Origin: Ylistrum balloti
Lineage: Eukaryota
Direction: 5' to 3'
Assembly (NCBI RefSeq): GCF_031769215.1
Contig: NW_026782129.1
Span: forward strand, 744,001-808,000
DNA: 64,000 nucleotides
In this document: in pieces, positions 24,901 to 35,553 of the stretch
How positions within the stretch are numbered: position 1 is the stretch's first letter
How the letters are laid out: each line of letters opens with the position of its first letter
Notes under the pieces: generated by a model
Database searches by the model: none
What the model was told of the DNA's origin: nothing
What the model saw: only the letters and a program-made list of their open reading frames with translations
Made by a program: the position numbers and the translations under genes

Positions 24901-25214
24901 TTTCCCAGATGTAATAAAAACTTTATCATGTCGGCCATGACTACAGTGTTTTCTTTCAATAAGCTAACGGAATACCGAAGTTCCGAAGAACCGAAAGTGG
25001 CAGTTCCGAAGAACCGAAAGTGACAGTTCCGAAGAACCGAAAGTGGCAGTTCCGAAGAGCCGAAAGTGACAGTTCCGAAGAACCGAAAGTGACAGTTCCG
25101 AAGAACCGAAAGTGACAGTTCCGAAGAACCGAAAGTGAAAGTTCCGAAGAACCGAAAGTGGCAGTTCCGAAGAACCGAAAGTGACAGTTCCGAAGAAGCG
25201 AAAATGAAAGAGAA

Positions 25215-25250
<36 letters not shown>

Positions 25251-26082
25251 ATATTTCTCTATGTTAATATCCAAAAGGATAAACAACACAAAATACGAAA
25301 ATGTATTTCACGGCGACAGTGTCATCGCGACTGATTTATTAAACAAACATGTAAATCATACACTAATCTGTTACAAATACACCATATACAATGTATGTAT
25401 ATATATGTCACTCCTTTCCATTAATAACTATTACATTTTACCGCAACAGAAACCCCACACAGATGAACTTCTGTTACATTTTACCGCAAAATAAAACCCC
25501 ACACAGTTGAAATTGATAATGAGAAATAAAAATTTCTACGTCCGTGTGTCCCTACCTGTGACGCCGGAATGACACGTACAGGTAACACGCGACAGTACGA
25601 CACTGGTCTTAATTTGCACGTGCAAATCATACACATAGCGCCCCATATTAGCGACTCATACCACAGAGAAAATAATTTCACCCTAATTCCAAACCGTCAA
25701 ACGGTTGGAATTATATATATATGCGTGTGTGTACTACATATAAGGTGAAATACTATCTATGTTTCCTGATTCTGTCTAATAGAATTACAGTCAGTAAGTA
25801 GAGATTCTATTTTATCATACTTTTGTTTTTGTTTTCTATTGCTTTGTCCCATGTATAAGTGTATTTTGAGAGGTATATCATGCCGAATTTCACAAATTAA
25901 AGACGGAAACATAGCTATTTCTTGCCTTAATACTTGTAAATGTAATAGTTGTATCGCTGTATAATATACAGAGTACAAAGATCGATTTGTATCCAATATG
26001 TGAATTTACTTACTTTGTGTATGCTAAACGTTGTGTTCTTGTTACTGCCAGATGTAACAAGCAACTGTATCGTGTCGGCCAT
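21980..26082 (-). CDS. Ubiquitin-like domain + RBR (RING1-IBR-RING2) E3 ligase with C-terminal CaaX, 4 exons, 369 aa
   Basis: Exons 26082-26014 (MADTIQLLVTSGSNKNTTFSIHK|gtaagt), 23318-23237 (DASVEDLMRKISEWNGIEATSQHVLFA), 23137-22895 (AKELE...LFVVFQLPGGS...MPCGHAI), 22695-21980; phases 0,1,1 consistent, total 1110 nt. IBR CPKC...CLSC...CWYC...CGNTAC; RING2 CPTC...ACKHMVCVC...FCFIC; ends ESPCSVM*. Confidence 0.88.
24878..24976 (-). pseudogene. Dead duplicate (copy A) of exon 1 and proximal promoter of the Ubl-RBR gene
   Basis: Aligns to 26014-26118 (ATGGCCGAC...ACATCTGG...ATACACAAA). Exon-equivalent is 61 nt instead of 69 (frameshift) and the donor GTAAGT has become ATAAGT. Confidence 0.8.
24979..25210. 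repeat. 23-bp tandem array (9 full copies + 1 partial) followed by (AC)n
   Basis: Unit AGTTCCGAAGAACCGAAAGTG(A/G)C; ends GCGAAAATGAAAG; (AC)~16 at 25217-25248. Confidence 0.97.
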
Positions 26083-26210
26083 ATCTAAAGGTGTTTCTGT
26101 AATGATAACGGAAAACCCTACTTTCTGTTTGACAAGTAATTTTCAGCGGTGACGTCATAGCAGTTATTTCGCAAGTAAAACGAAAACGGAAGATAAATTG
26201 TTGATAATAG
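26083..26210 (-). promoter_or_regulatory. Putative proximal promoter/5'UTR of the Ubl-RBR gene with kB-like, CRE and IRF-like motifs
   Basis: GGAAAACCC at 26110-26118 (GGGTTTTCC on minus), perfect CRE TGACGTCA at 26150-26157, AAAACGAAAACGGAAG at 26177-26192; block conserved in copies at ~24.9 and ~34.2 kb. TSS not observed. Confidence 0.5.
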
Positions 26211-29200
26211 TTGAAAGTCAGTTATACTCCAACAGTAATATACTGGACGAGCATGAACAGTATTCACGGAGAACTTGTCTAAAGTTTCTCAATGTTCCTG
26301 TGCCCCAAGGGCAAGACGCCCGTACCTTCAATGCGCTAGGTGCTGTCCGAGATATCTGTGACCGACGATTAGGAATCCAGGTACAACAACATTCCATTTC
26401 CAGATGTCATCTGGTAGGCCCTATCAGGAACGGGAAAGCATCAGTCATCATCCGTTTCGTTCGCTACACTGACAGGGAAAAAAATTGACTCCAAAAAGGA
26501 ACTTAGGGGGTCGGGTATTCTCATTGTCGAGTCTTTGACAAAATCTCGACAAACTATTGTTCACGAGCTAAACCGTCGTAGACACGACAAGAAACTGTTT
26601 TCCTTCTGGACGAGAAACGGCAGGATCTTCGCCAAAAAAACCCAATGATTCCACGAAAACTCTAATAAAAACAATCAATGATATAAATGCCTTAGTTCCA
26701 GACTATACATACAGGCCCAAGTAAAAATAAAAAAAAATAGAATTTTTCACTTGCAATATCTATGGATTATCTATTTAAACATGCATACTAGTGATGATTG
26801 ATTGTATGCTTCACATTTGTATCACTAATATCATACTGTATTTTTGCATTATGTTCTGTTATCTCCATGGCTGTATTTTTTTTTATTTGTCAGTAAAGTT
26901 TGTTATACTTATTTTCTCCTTTTTTTGGAGTAAGGACTTGGAGTTGGACTAAGGAGTTGTGTAAAAATACATTTCTCTTATGTACAGGTATATATATATA
27001 TATCTACACACAATATACTACATTGTAACTAACGTGAACCGATAACTTCCTGTGTTATATTAGCGTGTTATCTTAGCGTGTTACTTTAGCAGTCACCTAA
27101 GTGTGTTGCCTAAACGCGCTACTTTAGAGTGTTATCCTACTTTGTACACTGTGTAGGGGTGCTACATAGTGTACAAAGTAATGTGGTACCTGCCTGGTAC
27201 AATTAACATCTGTACATAGATTTAGTCCGCATACTGAATATTGATACTTACGAACTCCTTTTCTTTAATGAGTCCGTCCGTCCGTCCTTTTAAATGATCA
27301 CACTTTGACTAAGGTATGTTATACAGGCAGATTATATACTGTGCTTGCTGCAACCTTATGTTAACGATAGTCCATTAGTATATTGTTTCTTACGTCTTAA
27401 CGTATCCCCATATTATGCATGTGTCCGTCCGTCCGTAAACTTATCCTGGGTAGTGCATATATACCGTGTAGTGCTCCATCCTTATGCTGACGACAGTTCA
27501 TGTGTATGTTGTCTTTTTTTTACGAATTCCTTTTTAATGCGTGCGTGCGTCCTTACGTTCGTCCACCCGTTAACTTTTTCTGGTACACAATGTTAAGTAA
27601 ACAGTACGGCCGTATACAATATATATGTTTAAAAATGTAATCTATGGTGCATACAAGTTTACGCACTGTACAATATGTTAAACTACTTTACCAGTAAGTG
27701 TTTAATAACTGTTGTTTTTGTATGTGTAGTGAGCAAATATAAGAATGTGAGTGTTGTTCATAAGTGTGTATGTGAGTTTATACATGTGTGTGATGCACGT
27801 GTATGTACGCTATGTAGTGTTACATATATATGTGTGTATGTGTATGTGTGTTGTGTATATTTACAGCTATGCGTGTATGTTTTGGATATGTTTGGGATGC
27901 GTATGTTATGCATGTGTATGCGTGTGAGTATGTGCTGTGAATGTAAGTGCGTGTATGCGATGTAATGTTTGAGAGAGGGTGAGTATGCGCGTGTGTGAGG
28001 GTGTGTGTGAGTGCGTTGAGTATATATGAATGTATATTTATATATGCACTTAGGTATTGACGCGTGTTTGTGTTTTAGATGTATTATAGTTTGTACGTGT
28101 GTACATGCCCTATATATACAATATACTTGATTATTTCATGTACTTGTTGCTTAGAGTGTGCTGCCTTATATTTGGTTGTACATTAATATATGTAATTATA
28201 AGTGTGTATGTATATACTGTATATTGAAATATTGCCCTTTTTTACATGAAATTTTTCATTTTTGTATGCTCACATCAAGGCTTATTTTGTTCTTTTCTTC
28301 TCAGTTACGCAGATAAACAAAACCTTTTGCTGGTTTGCACACTGTCTACTATGCATGATACCGTTTCGCTATTTTGTAAACTTACGTCTCGGTTTATTTG
28401 ATAATGGGTAATTCTTACATGTGTCACAGAATAGCGATCGGTATCTTCTGTTCAAAGGTCTACGGTAAAATGCGTTATGAAATCACTTCTATTTCTATCA
28501 TTAAATCTCAGGTTAATTTTAAGCATGTTCGACTGTTGTCGTCTTTGTCTCTCTTGGTCAATCTATAGTTTAAATAAATTAACGCTCTCCTGTTTTCAAA
28601 ATTTTGAATTTTCAGTAATCTTGTTGCTACTTTTATTGCAACATATGGACATTGAATCCAATCCTTGCTCGGGGCTTAACGAGCTATCGATTTTTCACCT
28701 TAATATCAGAAGTGTTAGGAATAAACTTGATTATGTAGAAGATATAGCAGGTGAGAATATGTCTAACAGAAACTCATTTAGATGATCAGATACCTACAGA
28801 TGATTTACTTATAGCTGGATTTCATGAACCTTTTCGACTTGATAGGAATTTTGCTGGTGGAGGTGTTCTGGTCTACATAAACGATCTTCTAAAAGTAAAC
28901 CGCTTAACGGAGTTAGAATTTCCCGGAGATAGGTAATTTGGATTAAAATCACACTAACCAATTCCTCCTTCATTATAGGTACAGCATATAGACCAGAAAA
29001 TTCTGTGTTACCCTTTTGGGACAATTTGCGTACATCTATTAATAATGCTTTAACACCAAATATAATAGTAACTGGCGATTTAAATGTCGACTTACTAACT
29101 GCATCTACTAACCATTATCTTTTCGAAATTATAAGTTCTTTTAGTATGATTAATGTCATAAACGAACCAACTCGTACTGGACCAACTCGATCCAGCCTTC

Positions 29201-32200
29201 TGGATCCCATTCTCTTAACTCAGTCTATTTCTTGTATTGATTCTTCTATAATACCAGTTGATAAATCCTTCAGTGATCATGATAGCTGTACTGCTTGTGT
29301 TAATCTTCCATGTGCTTTTAAATCTATTTATAAGCGTAAAATTTGGCTATATAAAAGGGCTGATTTCCGAACGTTCAATAATCTTATTTCTAATTATGCT
29401 TGGAATGATCTTTCCCTTTGTAACGGATGCGTACTGTCAGTTCGTTACCAAGTTCTATCTTGGACCCAGTAACAGTTTAACAAATAGTAAAATGCCCACC
29501 ATATATATACAAAATACTGGCCTGTCTACCTGACTCAAATAATGATATAAACTATACGAATTCAATAACTATACTCTAAACTACACCCGGTAGATAACTA
29601 ACATTTATTGCACCTTAACACTGACATGTATAGAGTCTCAATACCAACTAAAACACTATATCACATATATACCCGCCACCCTGTGTCGGTAGTAACTAAT
29701 TAACCTTTTACCACAACACCCGTTACTGTACAAACTTGACCGTGACACACTTTGACCACGTCAGCCTTCAACGCGACACACGTGCATTGACTGCGTCACC
29801 TTTTGCCTCAACCACTTGGACCAAGTCAGCTATACACTGTGTCTCGGCAAAACCTGTGCCTCGGTACCCTGTCACTGTACCTGATCAACTTCACATCACT
29901 GTGATCTCCCGTGACTTTGCACATTTGTATAAGACGTGTAAGAATTATTGGTTCCGATTTTAAAGGATTACAGTGGAGCCCTAACTTATTCAGCTAGGCC
30001 CAAACTTTTTCAGCTTGGTCACTGTTACCTTTTATTTTCAGCTAGAGATCCTTTGCGTTCGTCTGTCAGCATTCGAGAGAGAGCTTTTCGTCTGGTGGAA
30101 CCTCTATTTATACGACTACCCATCTAATGAAATGCCTTCTTTCAAACAACCAATCAAAAGTGCCCTTTTTTTACAAACTACAGAAATAACTGCTACAAGT
30201 CTACACTGCTAATCCTTTATTGTGTAATGTTGTAAATCACATGGAATCAATCGTTTCACCTTAATTGTAACTCGCTTGATATTGCTTTGATATTGCTTGT
30301 GAACGTTTTACTGATATTTTTTTTAAATTTTGCGAATTCATGCATTCCATCTAAAGTAGTCACTATTAGACCTAATGATAAAACTTGGATGACCTCTGAA
30401 TAAAGGAAAAAAATGAGAATTCGTGATAGGTTACATAAAATCGCGAGGTCAACCAAGCTTCTTTCGGATGTTTACAAATTTAAGTCTCAACGAAATAAGG
30501 TTAACAACATGAAAAACACGCCCGTTTATTATTTTATGAGAATGTTCATGGTATAATTGAAGAATTTGTGTCTTCTGATCTAAAATCTTATTGGAGACTT
30601 ATTAAAAGGTTAATGAATTCAACTGGAACTTCACATTCTATTCCTTCTCTTGTAGATCCTCACAAAATAATGTTGTTACTAATGATGAAGACAAAGCTAA
30701 CTTATAAAATGACTATTTTTGTAATATTACACAAGTCGATGATAGAAACACTGCAGTTCCTGTAGTTGAGTCTAAAACCAACAAAACGTTTAGTTCTGTA
30801 AGAGTAAATAGAAATGAAATCCGTGATGTTTAACAGATATTGAAGCTCGGAAAGGCCTCGGGTGAGGATGGGATAAGTCATCATATGTTAAGAAATACAT
30901 CACAAACTGTTTGTATTCCACTTGAAATTATTTTTAACATGTCTTTATCGTCAGGTATATTTCCAGCCAATTGGAAAGTAGCAAAAGTTATGCCACTTTT
31001 AAAAAAGGTGACAGGCATTCTCCCTCTAACTATAGACCGATTTCTCTTCTATCTACTGTTGGAAAAGTCTTAAAAAAAAAGCGTGTTATTTTCAAACATC
31101 TACATAATTATTTCGTTGAAAATTCATTGTTTTATAAACACCAGTCTGGCTTTATGCATGCACATTCTACTGTATATCAGCTCATTGAAATTTATCACAA
31201 TATTTGTATTGCTCTTGAAGAGAAAAAAACATGTATGTATGGTCTTCTGTGATATTTCTAAAGCATTCGATCGTGTTTTGCATAAAGGTTTGATGGCAAA
31301 ATTAAAATCGTACGGACTTTGTGGTGAGCTATTTACGTGGCTAGAAAACTATGTATTTAATAAGCAGCAGAAAGTTTTCCTAAATAGTGTTTATTCTCAA
31401 TTAGGTTCAAACTCAGCAGGGGTTCCTAAAGGTTCCATTCTTGGACCACTTTTGTTTCTTATATACATAAATGATATTGCCGATGTCCTTGAATCATCTG
31501 CTCGTCTTTTTGCAGACGATACTTCTTTACTAAAGTCTTCCTCATCATGTCTTGAAATCCAAACTGTCTTAAATAGGGATCTTGATTCTTTAAACTTTTG
31601 GGCTAAAACTTGGTTGGTTACTTTCAATCCAGACAAAACTGAGGTAATATTTATTTCTAATTCGATTGACATTGATGATGATTTAGACCTGAAGTTAGAC
31701 GGGAAAGATTTGAATTTTACTGATCATCATAGGCACTTGGGGGTAAATTTTGATTCCAGTGCAAAATGGGGAGATCATATCAATGCTACATATATATATA
31801 TGTTATGAAGAAAATCAATGTCTTAAGAAGGTTGAAATATTTGTTAAATAGAAATAGTCTCTTAAAAATTTACAAAGCTTTCATTTTACCACTTTTAGAG
31901 TATGCGTGTGAATTGTGGGACGGTTGCACTAATACTGAATCGGATAAATTAGAAAAAGCCCAAAGAGAAGCTGCTCGTATCATAACTGGCCTTCCTCCTT
32001 ATACACGTATAGGAGATTTACATTTTGAAACTGGTTTAGATACAATTTGGAATCGTCGAAAACGAAGAAAACTTCAACTTTTATTTAAGATGCATAACAA
32101 GATAACTCCAGATTATTTAAACGATCTCTTACCACCTATTGTTGCAGATACTAACCAATACAATCTTAGAAATAACAATGATTATAGAGTTCCTCTATTT

Positions 32201-32852
32201 GGGCTTTCTCTTACAAACCTCTCTTTTATACCTTCTACGCTTCGTAGCTGGAACTTGTTAGATTTCTCTGTACGGTCACTACCTTCCATAAATTTGTTTA
32301 AAACCTCAATTACTTTAAATACACAACAATCCCCACCTATCTATTTTAGTTATGGTGAACGGAAGTTAAACATAATACATACTAAACTTAGACACAGTTG
32401 TAGTTCCCTTAAATAGATCTTTATCGAGTAAATCTAGCCGAAAATCCAGTGTGCTCCTGTGGACATCCTTGTGAGAATGCCTTTCACTTCTTCTTTGAGT
32501 GTCAAACTTTCAGAAATGAAAGACGCATTTTGTTCCATAATCTGGCTGAATTAGAAGTAGATTTGAATTTAGAGCTTCTTTTGTTTGGTAGTATTGATCT
32601 TTCTGAGGACCTAAACTATTTTGTCTTTACACATTTCATTAAATCCAGCAAAAGGTTTTAAAGATTCTTACACAGTGATGTATTTATGTCTGTGTGCGAA
32701 TGCTTAATATGTATAATTTATGTTTAAGCCTATATCTGTATAAGCACGTATTTGAAAATGTATGATGGGAGAAGGCTCCAATAAGTTGTAATAACTTGTG
32801 CCCCATTCCCTTGTTCAAATTTATTTTGGCAATAAAATATGTTTAAACTAAC
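26211..32852 (+). mobile_element. CR1/L2-group non-LTR retrotransposon, 5'-truncated within ORF1, decayed
   Basis: Flanked by 12-bp TSD TGTTGATAATAG (26199-26210, 32853-32864). ORF1 remnant ~26211-26650 (EQYSRR...VIIRF...VESLT...WTRNGRIF). ORF2 ~28480-32660 with endonuclease (HLNIRS, CLTETHL, GDLN), RT (FCDISKAFDRV, GVPKGSILGPLLFLIYINDI, LFADDT) and CSCG...HFFFEC. 3' end AATAAAATATGTTTAAACTAAC. Multiple frameshifts and stops. Confidence 0.93.
29419..30258. mobile_element. Solo LTR (840 bp, probably Gypsy-type) inserted into LINE ORF2
   Basis: Termini TGTAACG...CGTTTCA, 4-bp TSD CCTT on both sides; removal restores the ORF2 frame W-N-D-L-S-L-N-C-N-S-L-D-I-A. Confidence 0.8.
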
Positions 32853-33715
32853 TGTTGATAATAGAACGATGTATGAAACAGTCAATATCATAAATAGTAT
32901 AAATATCTATATTTAGGTATACGACCGACAAAAAGGTATCACTCTACCTCTCTTTCTGCGAATTTAGCACGTAAACCACCAGTGATAAACATATATTTTC
33001 AGTGTGAAGATCGATATATATAATAAGTATGAATCAATCGATGTATCGATGAAAAAGTGTCTTAGAGACGTGTTTACAGTAAAAAAAAATCCAACTTTTT
33101 TCGAGGCTTGACTGGGATGATCCCCATACATACCATATACATACAGATATACGCTAAGAACGTTCATCAGATTTTGCAAACAAGAAATTTTGCTTTGTTT
33201 TCCACTGCGCTCATATATCTCGAAAAGTAAGTTCACTTCAAATTTCATAAGAATGTGTCTATCAGTGACGTATTCTTGCTGGACTTACTTCATCAAACTC
33301 CATAAGAATGTGTCTATGACACCATTTCTATCAGTGACGTATTCCAGATGGACTATGACATGTCTTGGGCACAAACTGTTTATTTTGAAGAATTCTCATT
33401 TGTTAGTCATAAAGTCATGCGTTTACGATGATTTCAATGACAGACACCTGGTGGACCTCAGTTTGACATGTTGGATGTCGTTAATATAAGCTAACCCTTC
33501 TCTGACATTTTATTCTTCTTGTTCAATATGTACTTTTGTTTCAGTGATCTCCATATCCGTTGTTCTGTTTCGTTCTTTTCCCTCGTTTCATTAATTTTAA
33601 GTATGGATTATAATTGTCTTGACATGTATGTTGTAGGTTCGAGTACTTCAGAGAAACATTTTGCAATTAAACTGTCCTGTTGTTAAAGACCAATAACAGT
33701 AGGCTACAACTTATT

Positions 33716-34020
33716 GTTTGACCCGATTTGGTGTGTTTAGCCCTATAGCAGTGTGCGTGTGACCCGATTTGGTGTGTTTAGCCCTATAGCAGTGTGCGTG
33801 TGACCCGATTTTTTGTGTTAAGCCCTATAGCAGTGTGCGTGTGACACGATTTGGTGTGTTTAGCCCCGCTATAGCAGTGTGCGTGTGACCCGATTTGGTG
33901 TGTTTAGCCCAACGGCAGTGAGTATATTGCATATGCGTGTTATCCGATCCAGTGTGTTTAACTCTGATTCAGTATGTATATTATATTGGTGTGTGACCCA
34001 ATTCAGTGTTGTTAACCATG
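33716..34020. repeat. 41-bp minisatellite (~5 good copies plus a degenerate tail)
   Basis: Unit GTGTGACCCGATTTGGTGTGTTTAGCCCTATAGCAGTGTGC. Confidence 0.9.
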
Positions 34021-34149
34021 GTTTAAAATTTAAATTAATGACCATACAGGCACAACACTTTCATTAAAATTCAAACAGTAAAGATATTTAAAAAAAATAT
34101 TCTTAAAAGTTGTTCGGCCAGTGCCAGCCTGTCATCATGATTTGAAAGT

Positions 34150-34350
34150 TCGTCCATTACCAGGATTAAACACTAAAATAATACTTAAAAGAAATGTTTC
34201 ATGTCGGCCATATTTACAGGTGTTTACAAGGGAATACCTACTTTCAGTTTGACAAGTCCCCATTAGCGGTGATGTCAAATCAGTTATTTCCCAAGTAAAA
34301 ACGATAATGAAAGTAAAGTTTTGACAATAAAATGACAAGATGTATTGAAA
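34150..34350 (-). pseudogene. Third, degenerate copy (copy C) of the Ubl-RBR promoter and start codon
   Basis: TCATGTCGGCCATATTTACAGGTGTTT...CCTACTTTCAGTTTGACAAGT...AGCGGTGATGTCA...CAGTTATTTCCCAAGTAAAA aligns to 26070-26210. ATG at 34211 reads MADMKHFF then stop. Confidence 0.7.
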
Positions 34351-35553
34351 AAAAGGAGAAACGATTAGTGTCACAACTTATAAAAAATATCCGAATGGTT
34401 AAAAATAGTATCACGTTATCTGCATTTCAGCACTGTTGGTACGTATACCTTCAGTGACATAAACTTATGTATTGAGTGTAAAGATCGTTTTGTATTGTAG
34501 CTCTGCAGTAACTACTCATCCGTGACGACCATCGGTGTGTTAGTACTGCGTCCATATTTATGCCATACTTATATCGTCTAAAGGAAACACATTTTATGAC
34601 GCACTATTATTAAGTTTCCTCATAGAAACATTATATGCTTATTCATTTATGATTTACACTCCGATCAATATCTATATACAAGCAGTATAACGTTTTCGCC
34701 TGCACTGTTTGCCTTTATAAGTTATAAATCAGTGATGTATGTTGCAGTATGGATAATATGACTTTAAGGCGTCGGCTGCTGATGCAGATGTGTTACATGT
34801 CAACAGACACAAACACTCCCTCTTGAACACCTAATCTTAATCGTCTTGTACTTTTCCAAAGATCTCCCTGTAAATTTGACCATTGAAGGTTTTATTAATT
34901 TTCATCCTAACCTAGAAGTTGTTAATGAGCCATGTCATATGGAAAGACATATGCAAATATCTCACCCTTAATTTGAGCTTCCTTAATAACGTAAAAACAG
35001 TATGAAAATAGATATGAACGGATCGTGTAAATATCTCACTGCTTTGTGTGTACTGGGGACTAGTCTAGTCTTCGTACAATAAACCAAACTTATTAAAGTA
35101 CCACACTGTACAACTGTTGTTGTAGTGTCTTATCTATTACCACTGTAGAAGATGCACACAGGTCAAGTTGGTAGTTCCTATACACATTCTTCTAGCTTAG
35201 GTTACTTATCTAAGAAATATGAGTATGAAGGTTAACATGATTGCGCATTCCCGTGTATGTAATGAGGCCCGTAAATGTGACATTTTTTTCTATCCCCTCT
35301 TTCCATCATTTAAATTGGATACATAGTTAACAAATTAGCTATTTATGGTATGCATATGCTACAAGTAAGAAATATCGGGTGTCAAAAACGTCGCAGGTAT
35401 TGCCTGACAAAGACCTAAAAATGAGTTTGATATCGTCTTTATAGGGATCGACCTATATAAACATGCATCTAATCATCATCTGAAATAGTAACATAACCTA
35501 TATCGCCGCCACGACGTCTGTCTATAAACTGCACATTTATCACCATCATAACC

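Noticed and set aside
25481-25681. ORF with a phase-0 CAG|GTAGGG donor as alternative exon 1
   Set aside because: Peptide does not resemble a Ubl N-terminus; no supporting promoter homology.
27675-27965. Cys/Val-rich 96-aa ORF
   Set aside because: Translation of degenerate TG microsatellite.
24900-34350. The three GTCGGCCAT-containing blocks as a MITE family
   Set aside because: No TIRs or TSDs found; the minus strand of the middle copy encodes the missing Ubl N-terminus with a canonical donor.
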